Shown: positions 1-10,109 of the stretch, in pieces
Numbering within the stretch: position 1 is the stretch's first letter
Layout: the number at the start of each line of letters is the position of its first letter
Assembly (NCBI RefSeq): GCF_004010195.1
Contig: NC_057719.1
Span: 93,077,946 to 93,141,945 of the forward strand
Direction: 5' to 3'
Origin: Chiloscyllium plagiosum
Taxonomy: Eukaryota
Length of the DNA stretch: 64,000 nt
Made by a program: the position numbers and the translations under genes
Notes under the pieces: generated by a model
The model's input: the letters and a program-made list of their open reading frames with translations, nothing else
Database searches by the model: none
What the model was told of the DNA's origin: nothing

Positions 1-169
1 TAGGTGAGTCAGTGCTCACTGTTTTCGGTTATAGTCCAATAGGTTTAATTGGAAGCACTAGTTTTCAGAACGTTGCTCATTCATCAGCTGGTTGTGATGG
101 ATGTTGTGTGGTTCTTATGTTTTTGTACACCCCAGTCCAACACCATCCCCTCCAATCCTCACGGTATTC

Positions 170-3060
170 TCTAACTGTGGCAGTGTTCACTGTTTTGCAC
201 TGGTGAGTGGGGAATGAGCACTGTTCACAATTTATGATGGGTGACTTGTTGGGGGGTGCACTATTCACTGTTTTGCGTTAGGGACTAGGTTAGAAATATT
301 CACTGTTTTGCATTGGAGTCTAGGTGGGACAGTTTTTACTGTTTAGCATTCGTGACGAGGTGCGACGGTTTTCATTTTTTCTTTGCATTGGGGACTCGAT
401 TCCGCAGTGTTCACTGTTTTCCTGTTGGGATAAAATGTGTCATTGTTCACTTTTTTTCCCATTGGAGGCCAGCTGCTTTAGTGTTAACTGTTTTTCACTG
501 AGGTGTAGGTGGTACAGTTTTCTCTCGTTTTTGTTAGGAACTATGTGGGGCATTGTTTGCTGTTTTTCTTTGGTAATTATGTGGAACATTGATCACTCTT
601 TTCCTTTGGAGACCAGCTGGGACGTTGTTCAGTATTTTGCACTTGGGACTTGATGGGGCTTTGTTCAATGTTTTGCCTTGTGTACTATTTGGGACAGTAT
701 TCATTGTTTTGCATTGCCGACAATTTGGGACAGTGTTAAATATTTTGCACTGGGGACTGGATGGGACAGTGTTCACTGTTTTCTACTATAGACTAGGTTG
801 GACAGTTTTCAGTGTTCTGCTTTGAGGATGAGCTGGGAAATTGTTCACTGTTTCGCATTGTACATCTTTGGGACAGTGTTCGCTGCTTTCCATTGGGGAT
901 TAGGTGGAATAATCTTCATGCTTTAGCCTTGGGAATGAGGTGGGCCAGAGTTCATTGTTTTGCATTTGGTCACTTTGTGACAGATTTCACTGTTTTGCAT
1001 TGGGAACTAGTTGGGAAAATGTTCACTCTTTTGCCTTATAGACTGGTGGGACAGTGTTCATTGTATTCCACTGGGGACTAGGTGGGCAATATTCACTGAT
1101 TTTAACTGGGGACTGAGCGGGACATTGTTCACTCTTTTCCAATGGTGATTAGATGGGACAGTGTTCACTGTTTTCAGTTGGCTACTAGGTGGACAGTTTT
1201 CACTGTTTTACATTGTGGAATAGGTGAGAAAATACTCACTGCTTTGCATTGCGGACGAGGTGGGATAATGTTCATGTTTTTCACTGGGGAATGGGTGTTT
1301 TTATTGGAACTGTGTGGCACATTGTTCACCATTTTCCAGTGGGGACGATTTGAGAGAGTGTTCACTGTTTTACCTTTGGCACTACGTGAGTCAGTATTCA
1401 CTGTCCTCCAATGGGCCCTAGGTGGGACAGTGTTCGCTGATATGCATTGGGAAATTGGTGGTACAGCATTCACTGTTTTGCATTGGAATCTAGGTTCGAC
1501 AGTGTTCACTGTTTATTTTTGTGGACTGGTGGGACAGTGTTCATTGTGGGAAATGTTCACTGTTTTGCAATGGAGTCTAGGTGGGACAGTTTTCACTGTT
1601 TAGCGTTGTGAACTAGATGCGACTGTTTTCGTTTTTATTTACGCTTAGGGCTCTGTTCCGCAGTGTTCAATCTTTTCCTTTGTTGAATAATTGGGAACAC
1701 GTTAACTGTTTTCCTACGGGGACGAGGTTGCAACAAGATTCACTGTTTTGCACTGGGGACTAGGTGGGACAATGTTCACTCTTTTGTCTTGTAGACTGGT
1801 GGGACAGTGTTCATTGTATTCCACTGGGGACTAGGTGGGCAATGTTCACTGTTTTTCACTGGGGACTGCGTGGGACATTGTTCACTCTTTTCCAATGGTG
1901 ATTAGATGGGACAGTGTTCACTGTTTTCAATTGGGCACTAGGTGGACATTTTTACTCTTTTACATTGTGGAATAGGTGAGAAAGTACTCACTGCTTTACC
2001 TTGCGGACAAGTTGGGATAATGTTCACTGTTTTGTACTGGGGAATAGTTGGGACTGTTTTTTTTATTGGAACTATGTGGCACATTGTTCACCATTTTCCA
2101 GTGGGGACGATCTGAGAGAGTGTTCACTGTTTTACCTTGGGCACTACGTGAGTCAATGTTCACTGTTCTCCAATGGGCCCTGGGTGGGTCAGTGTTCGTG
2201 ATTTGCATTGGCGATTTTGTGGTACAGCGTTCACTGTTTTGCATTGGAATCTAGGTTCGACAGTGTTCTCTGTTTATTTTTGGGGACTGGGAGGACAGTG
2301 TTTGCTGAGTTGCATTGGGAACTAGGTGGGAAATGTTCACTCCTTTGCCTTGTGGACTGGTGGGACAATGTTCATTGTGGGAAATGTTCACTGTTTTGTA
2401 ATGGAGTCTAGGTGGGACAGCTTTCACTGTTTAGCGTTGGGAGCGAGATGAGATTGTTTGCGTTTTTATTTGAACTGAGGGCTCTGTTCCACAGTGTTCA
2501 CTCTTTTCCTTTGTTGACTAATTAGGACCACGTTAACTGTTTTCCTATGGAGATGAGGTTGTGACAATGTTCACTGTTTTGCACTGTTTTGCACTAGGTA
2601 GTAAAGTGCACACGCTTTTCCATTGGCGACTAGGTGGGACAGCATTCACTGTTGTCTGTTGGAGACTAGGCTGGGCAGTGTTAATTGTTTTGCATTCGGG
2701 TCAACTATGACAGTGTTCACAGTTTTGCCTTGTGGACGAGGTGGGAGAGTGTTGAATGTATTCCATTGGGGACTAACGTGGGACAATGTTCACTGTTTTG
2801 CCTTGGGGTCTAGGTAGGAAAGTGTTTGCTGTTTTCCATTGGCGATCAATTGGGATTGTGTTTATTCTTTTGCACTGGGGACTATGTGGGGCATGGTTCA
2901 CTATTTTCCATTGGAGACCAGGTAGGCCGTTGTTCACTGGTTTGCATTATTAACTGGGGTGACAGTGCTCACTATTTTGCATTGCAGACGAGTTAGGACA
3001 GTCTTCACTGTTTTGCATTGGTTAGTAGGTGGGACAGTGTTCACTATTTTACCTTGGGGG
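170..3060. repeat. 36-bp satellite A (consensus ~GGGACAGTGTTCACTGTTTTGCATTGGGGACTAGGT), left arm
   Basis: Unit recurs at 36-bp spacing (e.g. CACT at 1741 and 1777); the many ORFs here are 12-aa repeat translations (TVFTVLHWGLGG). Confidence 0.93.
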
Positions 3061-3805
3061 TGTTAAGACGGACCCGCGGGGTCCCGTCTTTGCGTGTTCT
3101 TTCGGAAGGAGAGACTCACACTGGCAACTATGGTTAGACGCAGACAGCAGTTTACTCACAGAATCTTAACTGGTACAACGAATCTACAAGCATGCATTCG
3201 TTGGAGAAGGCGTTCTGCCTTCCCGTTCAAACTTGACACAATTATACTTCGCGCTGCCTGGAGTCCCCGGTCAGTTCGCCTTCCCCATTGGTCCATTCAT
3301 CTGCGCGCGCTGGGGATCCTATTGGCCGCATCGAAGTGCCTGTCCAGCTCCTGCTGTGCTTGACAATGGCTCAGCCACCCCCGGGAGCGGTTCCGATCCC
3401 GTATTCAATAGTCCATTGTGTCAAGGAATTACTATGCGTCTGACAGGCTAGCCATTTTCAATAGGTTCCGTTTAACTAAATTGTCAATTACACTTATCAA
3501 CTTTAGACTTAAATAGAGCCATTCACACTCAATAGTTACAGGTTCCGATAGAGCAATTCACACTTGTCTAACAGTTACAGATTCCGATCGGTTTCTTTAT
3601 TAATCCCGAGTTTCGATGGGGCAATTGATACTGGCTGGTATTTACAGGCTCCAAGATTGAATTAACATTATGCATATCCCTTACAAGCTCCAGCAGTCAT
3701 GCAGTCGCCTGCAGCAGCTCGCTTGGCTGTTGTTAACCATTTCAGGGCTAGAAGTGTCACCCTCCCTAGCCCTACATTAAACACCCCAGTGAAATCTCCC
3801 CAACA
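3061..3805 (-). repeat. 3' LTR of ERV (complete, 745 bp)
   Basis: On the minus strand starts TGTTGGGG right after the PPT and ends CTTAACA. CCAAT boxes (~3287, ~3322), TATA-like TATAAT (~3245), AGTAAA poly(A)-like signal (~3152). 3336-3805 matches 9640-10109. Confidence 0.93.
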
Positions 3806-3816
3806 TTCCCTCCCTT
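3806..3816 (-). promoter_or_regulatory. Polypurine tract
   Basis: AAGGGAGGGAA on the minus strand immediately before the TG of the 3' LTR. Confidence 0.88.
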
Positions 3817-4659
3817 GGCCTCTACTGAGGCCACACCAACTCATGTAAACAGTAACGAACGTAAGAGGGCCGGAAGGGGGGCAAGTAAACTACATAGGGT
3901 GCCACGTCTGCTGTCCAATAAAAAAGTCCCAAGTGTAAATTCCCATTCGCTACGGTGGTGTGTGTTTTGTCTTATGTTTTCTTTTAAAACAAACGAGAAA
4001 GTGTAAGGGCATACTGCCCGCAGTCAGGTACACGGCAGCGATCGGAAAACCATTGGAACAGTGTACTGTGCCCCGGCCTTCCCGCCGGCCAGAATGGTTC
4101 ACAGGCCTGCAGGCCCGTCCAGGTGTCTGATGTATGTACGGCAGGCCATGTGGTCGGAGGCAACCTCCTCCGAGTGCACAGCGCAATTGCACCTGTGCCA
4201 GGCTGGCCACTGGATAACCTCCAGTCAGTAACGGACAGCAACCTCCATCTAGTTGCCACTGAGGACAGAGGCGGGCAGTGGCAACCCGATCAAAACCCAC
4301 GTAGAACCTCCGATTGCAGTGTAGTAGTCACTGGTGTGATCAGCAGTTGAAGCCCGGGGCATACAGTACTTCTCGGCCCCTGACTGCAGCGTACAGTATA
4401 AGTCAAAGTGCTGCCAATGTAGGTGGGCAAAACTAACATGGAAGGGGTTTATTATATTTTTTTGAACAGCAGATGTTACACTGAGGGAGAAGGGATAGTA
4501 TTGGGTAGTAGTAGGAAAAAAGCATAAGCACACCTATTGGAACCCCGTACCCAACGTAAATAGATGAACTTCAAATAGACCTGTCACCGTGATCAGTGTG
4601 AATTGCCGTACATTAATGACAGTCCCCCGTCTACCGAGAACGGACATGCAGGCAAACTG

Positions 4660-4836
4660 TAGCATCTGTATCTATCCAAGAGAAAAAATAATCATTATAA
4701 ACCGCAAGCATCTGTACACACTCGAGAAAAAAAAACATTATAAACCGCTAGCATCTGTAGGCACTTGAGAAAAAAATCATTATAAACCGCTAACATCTGT
4801 AGACACTTGAGAAAAAATCATTATAAACCGCAAGGA
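4660..4836 (-). repeat. 4x ~41-45-bp tandem repeat inside the ERV 3' region
   Basis: Unit ~AGCATCTGTA..CACTTGAGAAAAAAATCATTATAAACCGC repeated four times. Confidence 0.9.
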
Positions 4837-5154
4837 ACCGGAAGGTGGGTAGGGGCGGGCTGCCTTAGAGTGGTTGGAAGGTGGGAGGGATGGGGGCTTG
4901 CTGGGTCTGTATTGTCTGCACTTTTGTATGTAACAGTACTGTCTAATGTACAACTCTCACTGCTGTTGTCTCCTTATATCTTTGTGAAACTGGGATTTGA
5001 GGTTTGTCCTCATGTCCATGTAAACTGTTTGAATGGTAGGGTTTGGGGCCTGGCTTTGCTGCTCCTCTCCCTTGTAAAATTGCTGTCTCTTGTATGTAAC
5101 TGTAAATGTAACTGTTTGTTGTAAACTGTTTTTGTAATTTGTTTAATAAAAAAA
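4837..5154 (+). mobile_element. 5'-truncated L1-type retroposed 3' UTR with poly(A) and 14-bp TSD
   Basis: ATAAACCGCAAGGA duplicated at 4823-4836 and 5155-5168; G-rich then GT-rich body ending in AATAAA and an A-run. Confidence 0.8.
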
Positions 5155-5483
5155 ATAAACCGCAAGGACCCCGTCACTTGCAATTACCCCCACGCAGAGG
5201 CAATCCGGCTGTCAGCTGAGTAAACTTTCTAGGATTTAAGTACTCGAATCAGCAGGAGTTCCCCCGAAGCCCGCCAGCTGTGTAAACATGTTAAAGGCAC
5301 TTGAAAAGTGATTACCTCGAACTCTAGCAATTTCACCACAGGCCGTCGGCTGTGTAGGCAGGAAGGGCCCTTTGAGGTAAAAGCCGGGTGAGTTCCCGAT
5401 TTAAACGGACAGATGACACAGCCCGGGGTCTGTGGAATACAGTACCCACACCCGGGTGAAAGTGAGAGAATCGGGCACTAGGG

Positions 5484-6215
5484 TTACAGGGGAATATCGT
5501 AGATAGTCTTGCGACTCATTACCCGTGATGTCGCATGTAACATGTGCGGGTTTTGGAGCATACCCTCTCGCTGGGCAGTTTCAGCTGGAGGCCGGTCCAG
5601 CATCACCGCCTGGTATGCGGGTGAGGAGGCATCTGTTCCTGATAGGGCACGATCAATAGTGCGTGTTACCAGTGTCCTGATACACGGAATGCAGCAACAC
5701 CCGCAAGTGACCGAGATGCACATCCCCATGGCCAGCTGCCCTCGCAGAGTCCCCCATCTCTCTAAAGTGGCATTCAGCCAGTCGATGACTGGATTTTTGA
5801 CCCCCGATTGGTGGTTCAGCTCAGTAGCCAGGGTTCGGAGCTTCACCAGGGTCTTAGTGAGTTTGCCATCTGGGCCTGTGCTGTTTGATATGGCTGTACA
5901 GCACATGGTCCCAAACAGTGCACAAACACCTCCTTTTGTCGGCAAGTAACATGTCCAAAGCCATCCTATTTTGTAAGGTCATGAGGGAGGACTGTGCAAG
6001 CTGTTCATGGATGGCGTCAACTGCATCCCGGGTTAGGTTGGTAAGCCTCTGTATATTGTAGTGGAGGAGGTTGATTCTGTTAACGTTTTTATTAACCGTG
6101 ATCGGGAAAATGGTGGAAAAAAAGGGGAAAACTTTCAAAACCCGCAGCAATCTCATCCACCAGCTTGTAATCGTCGGGGACATTTCTGGCCTGCCCAATG
6201 GCATCAACCCTAGCC
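5484..6215 (-). pseudogene. env: ERV env, transmembrane subunit only (frameshifted)
   Basis: ITVNKNVNRINLLHYN, immunosuppressive domain LQNRMALDMLLA, GGVCALFGTMCC (CX6CC), and a Cys-rich membrane-proximal CGCCCIPC; split over ORFs 5854-6429 and 5484-5945. Confidence 0.92.
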
Positions 6216-6219
6216 GCCT

Positions 6220-8200
6220 CTCCAGGGGAATCACTGCTACCCTCCCCTGGCCCCGGACTCTGTTGGTGTCTGTCCCTGACCTCAGGGTGACCATCTGCAC
6301 TGTGAGCCTGGCTGCCCTGTCAGCTGCATCAATTCCCAGCGCTTCCCTGGTACGTAAGGAAGAGTGTCCTTGCACTTTCACTACTGCCACTTCCCTTGGA
6401 TGATGCACTGCCTGGAGCAACCATCGCAAACTCTGGTCGTGTCTTACCAGCCTCCCCGTGCTGGTTTTAAAACCACGTCTAACTCATGCTGTGCCCTCTA
6501 CGTGGACTGCGGTCCATGCATAATTGGAGTCAGTGAAGATGTTAACTCGGTGTCCCTCACTCAGTTCTAACGCCCTTGTCAGGGCTGTAATCTCTGCTAG
6601 CTGTGCAGATGCAGGCTGTGGGATTTCCCCAGACTCGATGGTGTCGGATACCCCCCCTGAATCTCTGACCACGGCATACGAGGCTCGTACGCCGCCTGCT
6701 TCCCGACGGCTGCTGCCATCGGTGTACATGTCCCAGTCTGCCTCGGCCAGGGTTTCTGTGTGCAACCCCTTACGTATCCTCCCCTCCTCAGCCACTCTGG
6801 CCACACAGTCGTGGGGCTTCAAGGATCCCCCATTCACTCCCACCATCATATTCCTAGTACTCCCCCTATCGGATGCAAACGTAATGTGCGGTGACAGAAG
6901 GGCATTCTCAATTATAAGCTGCCACCCAGCTGAAAAGCTGAATGAGTTGGAGGCCAGAAAGGCTCCTACGCTGTGATCTGTGTGAATAGTTAAGGGATGG
7001 CAGAGTACTAGATGGTCAGTGTTTTTGACCGCTTTCGTTACTGCTGCCACAAATCTGGCACAGCCTGGCTGTCCTGTCTCAATGGGCTTTAAACGGCAGC
7101 TGTAATACCCCAGCACTCTCCTGCAGCCTCGGTCCTTTTGGTAGAGGACGGCGTTTACTATCCCCCCAGTCTCTGCCACGTCCAGGTGGAAACCTTTCTT
7201 ATAGTCTGGGTGCGCTAGCGTGGCCGCTGCTCCCAAATCTTGCTTCACCTCCTTGAATGATTTCTCTCTCTCCGTGTTCCATCCCAACTGACTCTTGAGC
7301 CTCTTTGCCCCAACCTCCGTGATCATTTCCCTGAGTGGGGATGTCATAGTCACAAAGTCAGGGACGTAGGCGCGAGAATACCCACATAACCCCAGGAAGA
7401 CCATCATGCCCTGTACTGTTATAGGGGTGCCATAGGAGAGGATTGCTTCCCTGTGTGCTCTTGAAAGTGTGGTGCCCCCTTTTCCTACTATCCGTCCCAT
7501 AAAGGATACTGATTTTCGGGCTATCTGGCACTTTTCCCGTTTTACTTTAAAATCGGCTGCCACAAAGGTGTCCAGCAAGGTGCGGACCGCCTCCAAATTT
7601 TGGGTGTCAGTTTCACTGGCAATCAACAAATCGTCGACATACTGTATGATTGTGGTGCTAGTGGGAAGTGACATCTGTTTAAGTATAGGGGTCAAAGCCG
7701 CACTAAACAGGCCTGGGGAGTCTTTGTACCCCTGTGGGAGGCGATTGTATGTGTACCGCTCTCCCTCGAAGGTGAAGGCAAACCACTCCTGACACTCTGG
7801 GTGCAGTGGAAGGCAGAAGAAAGCGTTAGTCAGGTCTATGACAGAGAAAAAGCGGCTGGCAGGCGTGAGCGCCTGCAGTGCAACGTAGGGGTCAGGGACC
7901 TTCAGGTTTAAAGTCTCCGTGGCTTCATTTATCCTTCGGAGGTCATGGACCATGCGCCACCCCTTGCCCATGCCCTTGGGAGACGGGAAGGATTGGCGTA
8001 TTCCAGTGTCCCCCCTTCATTTTCCTGAGGACCTCCACTTCTAGCAGCCCCCTGATTGTTGGGCGAATCCCGTCCCTCTGTTCTAAGGTGAGAGGATATT
8101 GTGTATAGGAAGTTCTCCCCACATACTTTTCCTTGAATCATAGGGGGTCTATTGGGGAGGTCTATTTGAGGACCAGGGGACTGCAAGATTCCCGTGGGCA
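6220..8200 (-). pseudogene. pol: ERV pol: RT and RNase H, with protease and integrase deleted
   Basis: QYPL...WNTPILPV, WRMVHDLR, IDLTNAFF, LPQG, YVDD; RNase H YTDGS, SAQLAE, TDSNYA, VKVQGH. 495-aa open segment 6484-7971 with frameshifts near 7980 and 6490. Confidence 0.95.
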
Positions 8201-8203
8201 CCG

Positions 8204-9682
8204 TCAGCACTCCTCCTCAGACCACTGGGAGTAGCTGTACTCCTCGTCGGGCCCCATCAATGCACCCTGTACCACCCCTTGTGTTCCCCTGCCCCGGGTC
8301 TGAACCCAACCTCTCCGTTTATTCGCATCCCGGGGTCTGATATTACTGTCCCGTCTATCCCGGTCCCCGGGACGCAGTCCCGAGTGTTTAGCCATGAATC
8401 GATCTTCCCTTCCCTTGTCACACTCGCGGGCGAAATGTCCAATCATATTGCAGGACCAACACCCCACCCTCTGGTCACAGTTTTGAAAGTAATGGTCAGT
8501 TCCCTTACATGTCCAGCAGTGATCGCGCTGCCTTCCCCCCCGGAACCGCCTCTGCGCATCTGAAGAGAGCTGCTGTTGGCTATCGTGGGCAGACACATGG
8601 CCATCATATTCTGCCCTGTCAGGGCTAGGTCGTAGCAGGGCCTTGCGTGCATTGGGCTGTGGGGAACTGTACATCTGAGCGGCTGGAGGCACGAGCTCCC
8701 GCGCGGCGCTCTTTGCCTCCACCTGCTCTAAAATCTTCCCAAACTGCTCTAAGATATGTGTAGTCGTCTTGGAGGCCTGCCCTTCGGCTTTCATCTTTTC
8801 CGAGGTACGGTGCCTGTTCAGATAGTGATGTACCTGTTTCCTCCATATGTCCTCCTTCATTGAATCCACCCCCACCAGGTCTTTCAATTTGCTCTGCACT
8901 GGTGCAGGGAGTCCCTCGGTCACCCCCCTCCGGAAGTGTGCTATTGCCAAGGGAGAGCTATCTGGCTTTTCACCTGTCCCAGCCTGCCATAGGTCCCAGG
9001 CCCTCCCCAGGTATTCATGTACGTCCTCCCCGTCCTTCAGTCTGAGGGTCCCCAACGCGTCCAGCGAGAAAGTAGTGGGGAAGCTGTCCCGCAGGGACCG
9101 CCAGATTAAATTTCGGTAGAGGTCAAACGAGACAGTTTCATCTGACCTGGAACACCTAGCCAGTCTTTCTGCCCTGATCAACGCCTCCTTTGCTCGGATG
9201 CGTACCATTATGGTTCTAAAATCCGCCAGCGCTAGTTTCTCAGGACAGGTCTCCCTCTCGAAAGTCGCTATCCAGGCAGACGCCCCGTTGGCAATCGGAG
9301 GAAGCCTCCTGACCAGGGCATCTAGGTCTGTCCGTGACCAGGGGACGTACTTCTCTACCCCCATACTAGTGGCGACAAGAGGCGCTTGAACGGGCGGCAT
9401 AGTGGCGAAAGTCCCCTGCATTGGGCCGCCATGGGGCCGTGGGAGTGATGTGTAGGACCCCTTATCAAAATCCCCAATAATCTCCCCCTCGTCCTCCGAG
9501 GAGGTGGTATCTAGCTGGGAGTCATACTTGCTCCCTCCCTTCACAAGCTTGCTCTGGAGGCGAGCTCCCGTAACAATTAAAGTGTCCCCTTCCGCAGCAA
9601 TGGACCTACTGTCCTGCCGGGATTTTTGAATTTCCCGGGGTGCCTGTCCAGCTCCTGCTGTGCTTGACAATGGCTCAGCCAT
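8204..9682 (-). CDS. gag: ERV gag (N-truncated; capsid + two CCHC knuckles), open ORF of ~492 aa
   Basis: YVPWSRTDLDALVRRLPP..GASAWI capsid start; CWTCKGTDHYFQNC and CWSCNMIGHFAREC; no internal stop; ATG at 9682 lies in LTR sequence. Confidence 0.88.
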   Translation of the reverse strand: MAEPLSSTAGAGQAPREIQKSRQDSRSIAAEGDTLIVTGARLQSKLVKGGSKYDSQLDTTSSEDEGEIIGDFDKGSYTSLPRPHGGPMQGTFATMPPVQAPLVATSMGVEKYVPWSRTDLDALVRRLPPIANGASAWIATFERETCPEKLALADFRTIMVRIRAKEALIRAERLARCSRSDETVSFDLYRNLIWRSLRDSFPTTFSLDALGTLRLKDGEDVHEYLGRAWDLWQAGTGEKPDSSPLAIAHFRRGVTEGLPAPVQSKLKDLVGVDSMKEDIWRKQVHHYLNRHRTSEKMKAEGQASKTTTHILEQFGKILEQVEAKSAARELVPPAAQMYSSPQPNARKALLRPSPDRAEYDGHVSAHDSQQQLSSDAQRRFRGGRQRDHCWTCKGTDHYFQNCDQRVGCWSCNMIGHFARECDKGREDRFMAKHSGLRPGDRDRRDSNIRPRDANKRRGWVQTRGRGTQGVVQGALMGPDEEYSYSQWSEEEC

Positions 9683-10109
9683 CCCCGGGAGCGGTTCCGA
9701 TCCCGTATTCAATAGTTCATTGTTTCAAGGAATTACTATGCGTCTGACAGGCTAGCCATTTTCAATAGTTTCAGTTTAACTAAATTGCCAATTACACTTA
9801 TCAACTTTAGACTTAAATAGAGCCATTCACACTCAATAGTTACAGGTTCCGATAGAGCAATTCACACTTGTCTAACAGTTACAGATTCCGATCGGTTTCT
9901 TTATTAATCCCGAGTTTCGATGGGGCAATTGATACTGGCTGGTATTTACAGGCTCCAAGATTTAATTAACATTATGCATATCCCTTACAAGCTCCAGCAG
10001 TCATGCAGTCGCCTGCAGCAGCTCGCTTGGCTGTTGTTAACCATTTCAGGGCTGGAAGTGACACCCTCCCTAGCCCTACATTAAACACCCCAGTGAAATC
10101 TCCCCAACA
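9640..10109 (-). repeat. 5' LTR remnant (470 bp of U3 only)
   Basis: Colinear with 3336-3805 at constant offset 6304, about 9 substitutions counted by eye; the part matching 3061-3335 is absent. Confidence 0.93.

Larger units (their letters stand above)
3061..10109 (-). mobile_element. Defective class I (epsilon-like) endogenous retrovirus
   Basis: TG...CA LTR ends, GGGG flanking duplication (3057-3060 / 10110-10113), PPT, and gag, RT/RNaseH, env TM in order on the minus strand. Confidence 0.95.

Noticed and set aside
313..2817. Hydrophobic ORFs in satellite A
   Set aside because: They are 12-aa periodic translations of a 36-bp unit in several frames with frequent stops.
170..3060. CRISPR-like array (36-bp palindromic repeats)
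   Set aside because: Units are contiguous with no unique spacers, there are no cas genes, and the context is vertebrate; it is a satellite.
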